Assembly: GCA_017551675.1 (NCBI GenBank)
Contig: JAFZLC010000047.1
Span: 18,576 to 82,575, forward strand
DNA length: 64,000 nt
Source: Paludibacteraceae bacterium
Lineage (GTDB): Bacteria > Bacteroidota > Bacteroidia > Bacteroidales > Paludibacteraceae
Direction of reading: 5' to 3'
In this document: one piece after another, positions 40,231-50,290 of the stretch
Position numbering within the stretch: position 1 is the stretch's first letter
Layout of the letters: each line of letters starts with the position of its first letter
Notes under the pieces: model-generated
Database searches by the model: none
What the model saw: only the letters and a program-made list of their open reading frames with translations
What the model was told of the DNA's origin: nothing
Translations under genes and position numbers: made by a program

Positions 40231-42279
40231 ATGAAACTAAAAAATATGATTCTTATGGGATTGTCATCCTCCATCTTATTTGCTTGTACCAATGACAAAA
40301 ACAATGGTGATGGAAATAAACAAGCTCATTTCCTCAGTAGTGATTTTGATACAACAGTAACTTTAGGAAACGATTTTTACCAATATACAAATGGAGGCTG
40401 GATGAACGCTCACCCTATTCCAGGCGAAAAAAGTCGACTCAACACCTTTGACGTACTCAATGACGAAAATCTTGAACGCCTAAAAGAAATTGTCGAAACT
40501 GCTCAAAACTCTAACGCTCCAATAGGGTCTAACAAACAAAAAATAGGCGACTTCTACACTCTTGCCATGGACACTGCCAAACGAGACCAAGAGGGAATCT
40601 CTCCTATTCAATCTATTTTGGATGATATTAAAAAACAATCATACAACTTACAAGACTCTGCTTTCGCTCAGTATATCGCATACCAACATCTTCACCTTGG
40701 CAACCCATTCTTTGCATCTGCTTGTACGCCTGATGCTAAAAATAGTTCCATGAACATTGCCGAACTATGGCAAGAAGGTATCGGACTTCCTAACCGCGAC
40801 TACTACTTCGATGAATCTACAAAAGGAAAAGAGATCATCGAAGGATATAAAAATATGATCGCGAAATACTTACAACTATTGGGTGGCGAAAATTGCAAAC
40901 AAAGGGCTGAAGCTATCTACAATTTCGAAAAGGAATTAGCCTCTTTGATGAACACAAAAGTAGAAAACCGTGATCCTCAGAAGACTTACAATAAAATGAG
41001 CTACGATGAGCTGAAGTCACTCATCCCTGATTTCAATTGGGATTCTTACTTCTCCTCTTTCCCTGTTAAACCAACAGAAATCACAATCGGTCAACCGCGT
41101 TTCTTTAAGGGTATCTTCCCTCTTATCAAACAAACAGACATTAACGTGCTGAACGATTATCTGACATTCAGCACCATCAACCACTTGGCCGGCTACCTGT
41201 CTCAAGACTATATGTTGACTAAGTTTGAATTCTATAGCAAACAATTGGGAGGAATCACCGAACTAAAACCTCTTTGGAAACGTTCCCTCGATATGGTACA
41301 AAGTAATTTGGGTCAACCACTGGGACAACTTTTTGTGGAGAAACACTTCTCTGAAAATGCTAAAACCAGGATGATTGACCTTATTGAAGAACTTCGCATT
41401 GCATTCGGACAACGTATCGATAACCTTAGTTGGATGTCTGATAGCACCAAACTGCAAGCAAAAGATAAATTGGCTGCCATCACTGTTAAAGTGGGTTACC
41501 CAGATGTTTGGGAAGACTATTCTAATGCTACAGTGGATAAATCTCTCAGCTTAGTGGAAAACTACATCAACCTCACCTATTTCCACAGTATGAAAGAGAT
41601 GAGTGAAGTGGGAAAACCTGTAGATAAAAATAAATGGTATATGACTCCTCAAACAGTCAACGCCTATTACAATCCGCTAAGCAATGAGATCGTTTTCCCT
41701 GCAGGTATATTACAAGAACCATTCTTCTATGCCGAAGGTGACGATGCTGTTAACTATGGCGCAATTGGTGTTGTTATCGGCCACGAGATGACTCACGGCT
41801 TTGACGATCAAGGAAGACAGTTTGATAAGGAAGGTAACTTGCACGACTGGTGGACAAGTTCTGATGCAGAACGTTTTAATCAAGTTGCCGAAAAAATAAA
41901 AATACGCTTCTCTAAAGTGAATGTCATCGATTCACTCTATTGTAATGGTGAACTTACTTTGGGTGAAAATATTGCCGATTTAGGAGGACTTAACATAGCA
42001 CATCAGGCTTTCTTGAATACATTGAAAGCAGGAGAACCTGAAAAATTGATCGACGGACAGACCTACGATCAACGTTTCTTATATGCATATTCACGCATCT
42101 GGGCTGGTAACTATCGCGACGAATTCCTTCGTAAACAAGTCATCACCGACCCACACGCAAATGGAAAATACCGCGTAAATGTTCAAGTACCTATGTTAGA
42201 TTTCTTCTATAGCGCCTTTGGTATTTCTGAAAATGACTCTATGTATGTGAAACCAGAAGAGAGAATAGTTATCTGGTAA
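40231..42279 (+). CDS. M13 family zinc metallopeptidase (PepO / endothelin-converting-enzyme-like), lipoprotein
   Basis: 682 aa. Lipobox (ILFAC), HExxH motif VIGHEMTHGFD, downstream E…D motif (GENIADLGG), and the NAYY motif. Confidence 0.85.
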   Translation: MKLKNMILMGLSSSILFACTNDKNNGDGNKQAHFLSSDFDTTVTLGNDFYQYTNGGWMNAHPIPGEKSRLNTFDVLNDENLERLKEIVETAQNSNAPIGSNKQKIGDFYTLAMDTAKRDQEGISPIQSILDDIKKQSYNLQDSAFAQYIAYQHLHLGNPFFASACTPDAKNSSMNIAELWQEGIGLPNRDYYFDESTKGKEIIEGYKNMIAKYLQLLGGENCKQRAEAIYNFEKELASLMNTKVENRDPQKTYNKMSYDELKSLIPDFNWDSYFSSFPVKPTEITIGQPRFFKGIFPLIKQTDINVLNDYLTFSTINHLAGYLSQDYMLTKFEFYSKQLGGITELKPLWKRSLDMVQSNLGQPLGQLFVEKHFSENAKTRMIDLIEELRIAFGQRIDNLSWMSDSTKLQAKDKLAAITVKVGYPDVWEDYSNATVDKSLSLVENYINLTYFHSMKEMSEVGKPVDKNKWYMTPQTVNAYYNPLSNEIVFPAGILQEPFFYAEGDDAVNYGAIGVVIGHEMTHGFDDQGRQFDKEGNLHDWWTSSDAERFNQVAEKIKIRFSKVNVIDSLYCNGELTLGENIADLGGLNIAHQAFLNTLKAGEPEKLIDGQTYDQRFLYAYSRIWAGNYRDEFLRKQVITDPHANGKYRVNVQVPMLDFFYSAFGISENDSMYVKPEERIVIW

Positions 42280-42508
42280 TCAACTATAATAAGGAAAATC
42301 ATGGTGAATTTTAGAAAAAAGTGTTAAGATATTATGTAATAGTCAAATAGTAATTGACATAATATTTTTACAACTGAAATTATTTTTTTTTAAACTATTT
42401 TATTAGATTTGCTATATTATTCAACAGTTATATGGTTCTGCTATTGAGTAATAACACAATTAAAATAAACTAAACATAGAACCATACATAATTTAATTGT
42501 ATATAGAA

Positions 42509-43096
42509 ATGAGAAAATTATTTTCAGTTGTAGCTATCCTATTAGCTGTTGTATTTACTTCATCTGCAAAAGATAAAATTGCTGTTGGTGAATTTGAAGA
42601 TTGGAACGGAATTGATTCAGTTATTATAAAAGAAATTTTTAAACTGAATGATTATAACACGATTTACCTTCTTCCTATCGACGAGTCTAAAATTGAATGG
42701 CCAGAAAAGAGCGATAATCGTTATGTAGATTTACAAATAGCTCTTAAAAAGATCCCTACTATCTTGCAAGAGAGAATTCAAAAAAGAGTCAAAAAGAACG
42801 TTGTTCTTGCTGATAAAGATCAAAAATTTGAGGATAACTCTTTGAAGATTCAAATCGTAATCGAAGAATTAAACATGGGTAGCCGTGCTCTTCGTGCTTG
42901 GGTAGGATACGGAGCTGGTGGTCAACACATCAAGATCTCTGGTACTATCTCAGACAATAACAATAAAGATTTCTTAAACTTCAAACATAAGAGAATTTCT
43001 ACATCAAGCGCAAGCTATGAGAAATGTGTTGAAGGTGAATTTTACTATTTCAGCGAAGACATTTCTTTAATTCTTAAACAATTCCTAACTAAATAA
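42509..43096 (+). CDS. secreted hypothetical protein (DUF4410-like)
   Basis: Signal peptide MRKLFSVVAILLAVVFTSSA. The track ORF starts 4 codons earlier. No catalytic motif. Confidence 0.5.
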   Translation: MRKLFSVVAILLAVVFTSSAKDKIAVGEFEDWNGIDSVIIKEIFKLNDYNTIYLLPIDESKIEWPEKSDNRYVDLQIALKKIPTILQERIQKRVKKNVVLADKDQKFEDNSLKIQIVIEELNMGSRALRAWVGYGAGGQHIKISGTISDNNNKDFLNFKHKRISTSSASYEKCVEGEFYYFSEDISLILKQFLTK

Positions 43097-43115
43097 TTCG
43101 TACTACAAAATAGTT

Positions 43116-43145
43116 AAGGGCACCTTCTTCGGTGCCCTTTTTTGT
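43116..43145 (+). terminator. rho-independent terminator
   Basis: AAGGGCACC-ttcttc-GGTGCCCTT followed by TTTTTGTTT. Confidence 0.6.
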
Positions 43146-43620
43146 TTACAAACCTATTGAAAAACCTGTTAATAACTTGTAAAATTGAGGAAAGTAAAAA
43201 ATAAAAAATAAAGTTTATTATTTGAAAAAAAGATATATACAATCATCAACCATTAAACTCCAAATTTTTTAGCTTTATTTTTGCTAAAAGTTTTAACCAC
43301 TTATTTACACATTTCAACCACTAATTTCTTTTAATAATTTGTATCTTTGCCCAGTTGTTAAGAGTGTTAGTAAACCTTTTAAATAACAGATTTTCAATGA
43401 TAATTTACTAACATTTTCGCTTTAATAATGTGGATGAATTTTTAAAATTGATATAAAAAAATCTTTTTTATTTTTTCTTTAAACGTTACTAACAACCTAT
43501 TATATTACTTATTTATCTTTATATTATTTATTAATTTAAAATTTATAAGATAGAAAAGGTTGATAAGTGAAAGAGATGAAAAAATTTTTAAATTGAAAAG
43601 CTTATATAAAAAGATAAGGT

Positions 43621-43971
43621 ATGACTTTAGATGAATTACAGTCCACCGTCGATCAATGGATTAAAACCTATGGTGTTCGTTATTTCAGCGAATTAACCAA
43701 CACTGCTGTATTGATGGAGGAAGTAGGGGAGTTGGCTCGTGTAATGGCTCGCAAATACGGAGATCAATCTTCCAAAGCATCCGATCTTCAATATTCGTTG
43801 CAAGATGAAATGGCCGATGTTCTTTGGGTGCTTGTTTGTCTTGCCAATCAGACTGGTGTCAACCTCGAAGAGGCTTTTGCTGCTAATTTGAAAAAGAAAA
43901 CTCAACGTGATGCCACTCGTCATATTAATAATGAAAAACTTAAGGTGAATACTATAGATTCATCTAATTAA
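43621..43971 (+). CDS. MazG-like nucleotide pyrophosphohydrolase domain protein
   Basis: 116 aa. The EEVGELARVMARKYGDQ … EMADVLWVLVCLANQTGVNLEEAF pattern (EExxE…E..D metal-binding helices). Confidence 0.65.
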   Translation: MTLDELQSTVDQWIKTYGVRYFSELTNTAVLMEEVGELARVMARKYGDQSSKASDLQYSLQDEMADVLWVLVCLANQTGVNLEEAFAANLKKKTQRDATRHINNEKLKVNTIDSSN

Positions 43972-44036
43972 ATTAGTATAGTATGAATTGTAGGTTGATA
44001 AAGAACCTACTTTAAATAATTGATTATTATATATTT

Positions 44037-44915
44037 ATGGATCGTTTCGAAGAATTATTTTCAAAGTATGATTTTTCTAATTTAGAAAAAGAGAATGTTA
44101 CAGCTCAGGTTGAACGCATCATTGCTGATAATTTTAAGACCTATAATGTAAATGCTGTTTATAGTAATATCTTGAGTTGCATAGATTTGACTTCTCTTAA
44201 TTCAAATGATACTTTTTCTTCTATTTCCAACTTGGTGGATTTAGTAAATGGTTTTGATGAAAAGTTTGAGATTCTCCCTCATCCAGCTGCTATCTGCATT
44301 TATCCTTCGTTTATTAGTACGGTAAAGGATACATTACAGGAGGATCTTGAAATTGCTACTGTTGTTGGTTTTCCTCATTCCGATACGTTTATTGAGGTAA
44401 AGATTGCTGAAGTTGGTATGTCTATTATGGAAGGTGCTACTGAAATTGACGTTGTTATGCCTTTATCTCACTTCTGTTCTCAAAACTATCAACAGGTGTA
44501 TGATGAACTTACTGAAATAAAATCAGCTTGTCAGAATGCAAAATTGAAGGTTATTTTAGAGACGGGTCTGTTAAATGATCCTGTTCTTATCAAAAAGGCT
44601 TGTATCATTGCTATGGCTGCAGGTGCTGATTTTATCAAAACATCAACTGGAAAAACCTCAGTTGGTGCTACTTATGAAGCTGTTTATGTGATGGCCAATG
44701 CAATCAAAGAATTCAATGAAATCAACAACCAAAAGGTTGGTTTGAAGGTTGCTGGAGGTGTTTCGGATACTGCAACTGCAGTCTCTTATTATTCAATTGT
44801 TGCTACTATTTTAGGTCAGGAATGGATGAATCCTTCTTTATTTAGAATTGGTACCAGTCGTCTGATCAACCATCTACTTTCCTCTTTATCTGGTCGTGAG
44901 ATTTCTTATTTTTAA
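44037..44915 (+). CDS. deoC: deoxyribose-phosphate aldolase (long Bacteroidota form)
   Basis: 292 aa. The IDLTSLN … Schiff-base Lys region FIKTSTGK … VKVAGGV pattern of class I DeoC. Confidence 0.75.
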   Translation: MDRFEELFSKYDFSNLEKENVTAQVERIIADNFKTYNVNAVYSNILSCIDLTSLNSNDTFSSISNLVDLVNGFDEKFEILPHPAAICIYPSFISTVKDTLQEDLEIATVVGFPHSDTFIEVKIAEVGMSIMEGATEIDVVMPLSHFCSQNYQQVYDELTEIKSACQNAKLKVILETGLLNDPVLIKKACIIAMAAGADFIKTSTGKTSVGATYEAVYVMANAIKEFNEINNQKVGLKVAGGVSDTATAVSYYSIVATILGQEWMNPSLFRIGTSRLINHLLSSLSGREISYF

Positions 44916-44931
44916 TATTAGATGAGATACT

Positions 44932-44963
44932 AAAAAAGGTTGTCGATTGACAACCTTTTTTTT
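44932..44963. terminator. bidirectional rho-independent terminator between deoC (+) and the polyprenyl synthase gene (-)
   Basis: AAAAAAGGTTGTC-gatt-GACAACCTTTTTTTT. Confidence 0.6.
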
Positions 44964-45933
44964 ATGCTTCTCTTTCTATTGTATGTTGCAAAACTAATTG
45001 CAGTGAATGTTTAATCTCTTGATTTTCTATTGTTTCCAATAATAAATTTGCCTTTTCTTGGTATTCTCTCATCTTTTGTTTAGCATATTCAATACCTTTG
45101 TTTTGAATGGCAAAATTGATTATTTTCTCAATGTTCTCTTTCGTGAAGTTTTTGTTTTTGATAATCTCTAAGTAGGTGTTTTTCTCTTCACTTTGATTGA
45201 GTGCATAGATTAAAGGTAATGTAATTTTACCTTCTCGTATGTCGTTACCAACTGGTTTACCTATCTTCTTTTCGGATGATATGTAATCGAAGATATCATC
45301 TTTGATCTGAAAACAGATTCCGTATATCTCACCAAATTTTCTTAGTTTTTCAATCTCTTCACTACTAGCTCCTACAGATACAGCTCCTGTATATGTGCAA
45401 GTTTCAAACAATGAGGCTGTTTTCTTTTTGATCACCTCAAAATATTTATCTTCCTTGCAGTTGATATTTTTTACATTATCCATCTGAATTAGTTCACCTT
45501 CAGATAGTTGCTTACCTAGACTGGTTATCTTATCAAGTATTTTCAGATTTTTAGTTTGATTGGCTATAGATAGTGATTGAGATAGGAGATAGTCTCCAAT
45601 CAAGATGGAAATTTTATTGTTCCATTTTGAATTGACAGATGCTTGTCCTCTTCTCTCATTACTTTCGTCTACTACATCATCATGTATCAAACTGGCTGTA
45701 TGAAGCATCTCCATTGCTATTGCACATCGATAAGTATCTTCATTAATAACACCTAAACTTTTAGCTGCTAATAATGTGAGCAATGGTCTGATCTGTTTTC
45801 CTGTTTTTTGTAGGATGTATTTATTGACAACGTTGATAAGCTCATTGTTGCTTTGGAATGCTTCTTTGAATTTAATTTTAAATTCTTCGTATTCCTTTTG
45901 TATGGGTTCTTTTATTTGTTCGATACTTATCAT
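44962..45933 (-). CDS. polyprenyl diphosphate synthase (octaprenyl/solanesyl-type, IspB-like)
   Basis: 323 aa. First DDxxD motif (LIHDDVVDE) and second (FQIKDDIFD). Confidence 0.8.
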   Translation of the reverse strand: MISIEQIKEPIQKEYEEFKIKFKEAFQSNNELINVVNKYILQKTGKQIRPLLTLLAAKSLGVINEDTYRCAIAMEMLHTASLIHDDVVDESNERRGQASVNSKWNNKISILIGDYLLSQSLSIANQTKNLKILDKITSLGKQLSEGELIQMDNVKNINCKEDKYFEVIKKKTASLFETCTYTGAVSVGASSEEIEKLRKFGEIYGICFQIKDDIFDYISSEKKIGKPVGNDIREGKITLPLIYALNQSEEKNTYLEIIKNKNFTKENIEKIINFAIQNKGIEYAKQKMREYQEKANLLLETIENQEIKHSLQLVLQHTIEREA

Positions 45934-46132
45934 CGTCGATTAAATTTTTTGCAAAATTAGTAATATTTTTTCATTTATTTTAATGGTTTTGCTCTTTACA
46001 ACATCTTTCTTTCTAATTACTTTTTTATCTTTGTCATTAGTAAGGTGGATCATGTCAATTCACCATTATGAATTTGGATAAATTGTGGATTTCGAATAAA
46101 TGAACTAATGAGACCCACTTTAAGTTTTTAAT

Positions 46133-48895
46133 ATGGAAAAAAAGCTTTTTTTACTTGATGCTTATGCTATCATTTATCGTGCTTATTATGCTTTGATTAA
46201 AAGTCCTCGTATTAACTCCAAAGGTTTCAATACATCTGCTGTTTTAGGTTTTGTTAATACATTGGAGGATGTCTTAAAGTCTTGTAAACCAACTCATTTT
46301 GCTGTTTGTTTTGACCCTTCTGGTCCTACTTTCAGACATCGTATGTATGAACCTTATAAGGCACAAAGACAAGCTACTCCTGAAGATATTAAACTCTCAA
46401 TTCCTATTATCAAACAGTTGTTGGATGCTTATAATATTCCAATTATTGAGGTACCAGATTTTGAAGCTGATGATGTGATTGGTACGGTTTCTCATTTGGC
46501 ATCAGACGAGGGTTTCACTGTTTATATGGTAACTCCTGATAAGGATTATGCACAATTGGTTACTGAAAATATTTTTATGTATCGTCCTCGTCATGGTGCA
46601 GGGTATGATACAATGGGTATTGAGGAGGTAAAAGAAAAGTGGTCAGTTTCATCTACTAGTCAGATTATTGATTTGTTGGGATTGATGGGTGATGCTTCAG
46701 ATAATATTCCTGGTTGTCCGGGAGTGGGGGAGAAGACTGCTGTAAAGTTACTTCAAGAATTTGGTTCTATTGATCAGTTGCTTTTATCAACAGATCAAAT
46801 TAAAGGTGCATTGAAAACAAAAATTGAATCGAATGTTGAAAATATAAAATTGTCAAAATTTTTAGCTACGATTCGTTTGGATGTTCCGTATGAGTTTCAT
46901 GCTGACAATTTAATTTTAAAATCACCTTCATTAGAAAAGTTGATTCCAATTTTTAAAGAATTAGAATTTAAATCTCTTCTCACAAAATATGAAGGAAATT
47001 CTTCTGTTAAATCTCAGCCTGCTCAACTCTCGCTCTTTGATAATTTTACCACCGAGAGTACGGAAGAAAATAAATATTCAACTCTCAGCGACTTAAAATC
47101 TGTTAGTCATACATATCAATTAATTGAAAATCAAGAAGATATATCTAAAATTTTATCACTTTTTGATAGTCATGATTTTTTCTGTTTTGATACAGAAACG
47201 ACTGGAATATCACCTTTAAACGATAATTTGGTCGGAATTTCGTTTTCTTTTCAAGAAGGGGAGGCATTTTTTGTTTACTTACCTGAAGAACGAAGTAAAG
47301 CGATCGAATTTTTATCTCACTTCAAACCATATCTTGAAAATTCATCAATAACAAAGATTGGACAAAATATTAAGTTTGATATTTTGTTTTTACGTTCGTA
47401 TGGCATCGAGGTATCAGGACCATTGTTTGATACGATGATTGCACATTATCTTCTTCAACCTGAGTTAAGACATAACATGGATTATTTAGCTGAGGTTTAT
47501 TTAAAATATAAGACGATTACTTATGAAGATATATGTGGTGCGAAAGGAAAAGGTCAGTTATCTATTAGGCAGGTTGATCATCAATTACTTTCTGATTATG
47601 CTTGTGAAGATGTAGATGTCACGTTGAAGTTGAAAAATGTTTTAACACCATTGATTAGTAGTAATTTGCTAGACTATCTTTTCTACGAAGTTGAGATGCC
47701 ACTTGTTTATGTCTTATCTGATATGGAGTGGGAGGGAGTACGAATTGATGTTGATGCACTTCATTCTATTTCTGTTCAGTTATCAGAACAGTTAGTTCAG
47801 ATTGAGCAGCAGATCTATGGTTTAGTAGGGGAGCAGTTTAATATTAGTTCTCCGAAACAGGTAGGTGATATAATTTTTGATAAGTTGAAGTTGGATGAAA
47901 AAGCACGCAAGACGAAGACGGGACAATATTCCACTTCGGAGGAGGTGTTGGAGTCGTTACGAGGTAAACATCCAATCATCGATTTGATATTACAACATAG
48001 AGGAATCAAAAAATTATTATCTACTTATGTTGATGCGTTACCAACATTGATTCATCCATCGACTGGAAAAATTCACACAAGTTTCAATCAAGCTGTAACT
48101 GCTACGGGTAGATTAAGTTCGTCGAATCCTAATTTACAAAACATACCAGTTCGTGATGAATTAGGTAAAGAGATTCGAAAAGCATTTATAGCTGATAAAG
48201 ATTGTAAATTTGTATCGGCCGATTATTCTCAGATAGAGCTTCGTTTATTAGCTCATCTTAGTAATGATGAAAATATGGTATCTGCCTTCAATGATAATTT
48301 GGATATTCACTCGTCGACAGCTTCTAAGATTTTTAAGGTAGATATTTCAGAGGTGACATCTGATATGCGTCGAAAAGCAAAGACAGCAAATTTTGGTATT
48401 ATATATGGTATATCAATTTTTGGATTAGCAGAACGTCTTTCCATTCCAAGAGCAGAAGCTAAAACTTTAATTGAAGAGTATTACTCAACCTATCCAACGA
48501 TTCAATCTTATATGCAGTCTATTATTGAACGAGCTAGAGAAAACGGATATGTAGAGACATTATTTCATCGTAAGCGTTTTCTACCAGATATCAATTCTCG
48601 TAATGCTACAGTTCGTGGATTTGCAGAGCGAAATGCAATTAATGCACCTATTCAAGGTACGGCAGCTGATATTATAAAGATTGCTATGGTTCGTATTTTC
48701 AATCGTCTGAAAAAGGAGTCATTAAAATCAAAGATGATTTTACAGATCCATGACGAGTTGAATTTTAATGCACCGAATAATGAAGTAGAAAAATTATCAA
48801 AGATTATAAAGGAGGAGATGGAGTCAGCCATCCAGTTAACAGTTCCATTGATTGCAGATTGTGGAGTAGGAGATAATTGGTTGGAGGCACATTAG
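46133..48895 (+). CDS. polA: DNA polymerase I
   Basis: 920 aa. 5'-3' exonuclease, 3'-5' exonuclease and family-A polymerase domains (…DYSQIELRLLAHLS… motif A; …RRKAKTANFGIIYG… motif B; …QIHDEL… motif C). Confidence 0.95.
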   Translation: MEKKLFLLDAYAIIYRAYYALIKSPRINSKGFNTSAVLGFVNTLEDVLKSCKPTHFAVCFDPSGPTFRHRMYEPYKAQRQATPEDIKLSIPIIKQLLDAYNIPIIEVPDFEADDVIGTVSHLASDEGFTVYMVTPDKDYAQLVTENIFMYRPRHGAGYDTMGIEEVKEKWSVSSTSQIIDLLGLMGDASDNIPGCPGVGEKTAVKLLQEFGSIDQLLLSTDQIKGALKTKIESNVENIKLSKFLATIRLDVPYEFHADNLILKSPSLEKLIPIFKELEFKSLLTKYEGNSSVKSQPAQLSLFDNFTTESTEENKYSTLSDLKSVSHTYQLIENQEDISKILSLFDSHDFFCFDTETTGISPLNDNLVGISFSFQEGEAFFVYLPEERSKAIEFLSHFKPYLENSSITKIGQNIKFDILFLRSYGIEVSGPLFDTMIAHYLLQPELRHNMDYLAEVYLKYKTITYEDICGAKGKGQLSIRQVDHQLLSDYACEDVDVTLKLKNVLTPLISSNLLDYLFYEVEMPLVYVLSDMEWEGVRIDVDALHSISVQLSEQLVQIEQQIYGLVGEQFNISSPKQVGDIIFDKLKLDEKARKTKTGQYSTSEEVLESLRGKHPIIDLILQHRGIKKLLSTYVDALPTLIHPSTGKIHTSFNQAVTATGRLSSSNPNLQNIPVRDELGKEIRKAFIADKDCKFVSADYSQIELRLLAHLSNDENMVSAFNDNLDIHSSTASKIFKVDISEVTSDMRRKAKTANFGIIYGISIFGLAERLSIPRAEAKTLIEEYYSTYPTIQSYMQSIIERARENGYVETLFHRKRFLPDINSRNATVRGFAERNAINAPIQGTAADIIKIAMVRIFNRLKKESLKSKMILQIHDELNFNAPNNEVEKLSKIIKEEMESAIQLTVPLIADCGVGDNWLEAH

Positions 48896-48931
48896 TTATT
48901 TAGGTAATTTTTTAAATATATGTTATTTTAT

Positions 48932-48962
48932 AGAGACGATGTACACATCGTCTCTATTTTTT
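48932..48962 (+). terminator. rho-independent terminator of polA; copy 2 of the roughly 24-bp palindrome family
   Basis: AGAGACGATG-taca-CATCGTCTCT followed by ATTTTTTAAT. Confidence 0.65.
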
Positions 48963-48968
48963 AATAAT

Positions 48969-49224
48969 GTTCCACGTGGAACGTTCCCTTATATTTTTAT
49001 TCAAGTGTTCCACGTGGAACACTTTTTTACCACAGGGCAACGCCCTGGGTTATATAATGTATTGCCCCAACGGGGCAAAAATATATTATTGTTAATATAT
49101 GTGTATCATGTATCCAATGTGATAATTTTACTTCGCCCTGTAAGGGCATTCCATTTCCTAGCCCAGGGTACCACCCTGAGAAACGGATGTATATAATATA
49201 TAAATTGTTCCACGTGGAACAATT
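48969..49224. repeat. three perfect CACGTG-core palindromes
   Basis: GTTCCACGTGGAAC at 48969-48982 (14 bp), TGTTCCACGTGGAACA at 49007-49022 (16 bp), and AATTGTTCCACGTGGAACAATT at 49203-49224 (22 bp). Confidence 0.8.
49033..49178. other. cluster of four short GC-rich hairpins with 3-nt loops; candidate structured RNA or protein-binding array
   Basis: CAGGGC-aac-GCCCTG (49033-49047), TTGCCCC-aac-GGGGCAA (49062-49078), GCCCT-gta-AGGGC (49135-49147), CAGGGT-acc-ACCCTG (49164-49178). Hairpins 1 and 4 can also pair with each other (GCCCTGGG / CCCAGGGT). Confidence 0.4.
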
Positions 49225-49261
49225 TATATACATATTCAAAATTTGAAAAGGTTTATAAAAA

Positions 49262-49290
49262 AGAGACAATATACATATTGTCTCTACAGC
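49262..49290 (-). terminator. rho-independent terminator of dusB, overlapping its stop codon; copy 3 of the roughly 24-bp palindrome family
   Basis: On the minus strand: TAG-AGAGACAATAT-gtat-ATTGTCTCT followed by TTTTTTAT. Confidence 0.55.
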
Positions 49291-50267
49291 CCATATTCTT
49301 TTTCGACGTTGTCTAATATTTCAAATAATTCATCTCTCGATTCAGTTCTCAAAATTTTGATTCTTGTTTGTTTGAAATTATTGAGTCCTTTTAAAATAGG
49401 AGAGGCAGCTAAGTGTCTTCTTGTATGATGAATGCCTCTGATTTCATCGAGCATTTCTATATTATTGTTCACTTGTTCTTTTAGAATATCCAAATAGAAT
49501 CGGAAACTCTCCTTTTTACTTTTTTCTCCTGTTTGTAAGTATTCTTTTATTTCTTTGAATATCCAAGGCTGACCAATACTTCCTCGTCCGATCATTACTG
49601 CATCAACACCATATTGATCGAAACATTCTTTGGCTCTTTCAGGTGTTGTCACATCTCCATTTCCTATAATAGGAATTGTTATTCTCGGATTGTTTTTTAC
49701 TTCACCAATTAAAGTCCAGTCTGCAGATCCTGTATACATCTGTGCTCTTGTCCTACCATGTATAGCCAATGCTTGGGCTCCACAATCTTGTATTTGTTCT
49801 GCTAAGGTGTTGATGATTTTATTGTTATCATCCCATCCTAATCTGGTTTTGACAGTAACTGGCTTTTTCACCGCATTGACCACAGCTTTTATTATTTCAA
49901 GCATTTTTGGTATGTCTCTTAGCAGACCAGCACCTCCACCTTTACCTGCTACTTTTTTAACCGGACATCCAAAATTCAAATCAATAATATCTGGATTTGC
50001 CTCTTCTGCTATGATGGCTGCATCACGTATCGGTTCTGGTTCTCTTCCATATAACTGAATGGCAACAGGTCTCTCTTTCTCATATAGGGTTAGTTTTTTA
50101 GCACTACTTTCTATACTTCTGATTAAAGCATCTGCTGAAATGAATTCAGAATAAACCATATCAGCACCAAATCTTTTACATAGTAATCTGAAGGCAGGAT
50201 CTGTTACATCCTCCATCGGTGCTAAAAATAATGGATACTCCTTAAATTCTATATTTCCTATTTTCAT
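49284..50267 (-). CDS. dusB: tRNA-dihydrouridine synthase (DusB-like)
   Basis: 327 aa. LAPMEDVTDPAFRLLCKRFGADMVYSEF… and the FMN-binding TIM-barrel motifs of the Dus family. Confidence 0.85.
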   Translation of the reverse strand: MKIGNIEFKEYPLFLAPMEDVTDPAFRLLCKRFGADMVYSEFISADALIRSIESSAKKLTLYEKERPVAIQLYGREPEPIRDAAIIAEEANPDIIDLNFGCPVKKVAGKGGGAGLLRDIPKMLEIIKAVVNAVKKPVTVKTRLGWDDNNKIINTLAEQIQDCGAQALAIHGRTRAQMYTGSADWTLIGEVKNNPRITIPIIGNGDVTTPERAKECFDQYGVDAVMIGRGSIGQPWIFKEIKEYLQTGEKSKKESFRFYLDILKEQVNNNIEMLDEIRGIHHTRRHLAASPILKGLNNFKQTRIKILRTESRDELFEILDNVEKEYGL

Positions 50268-50276
50268 TTTATCTAT

Positions 50277-50290
50277 GTTTCACGTGGAAC
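50277..50290. repeat. fourth CACGTG-core palindrome (GTTTCACGTGGAAC, one mismatch)
   Basis: Sits in the 24-bp spacer between the U32 stop codon and the dusB start. Confidence 0.7.

Noticed and set aside
48969-50290. The GTTCCACGTGGAAC repeats considered as a CRISPR array
   Set aside because: The repeats are themselves perfect palindromes of varying length, irregularly spaced (38, 196 and about 1070 bp), and one lies in a different spacer. There are no uniform spacers and no cas genes.
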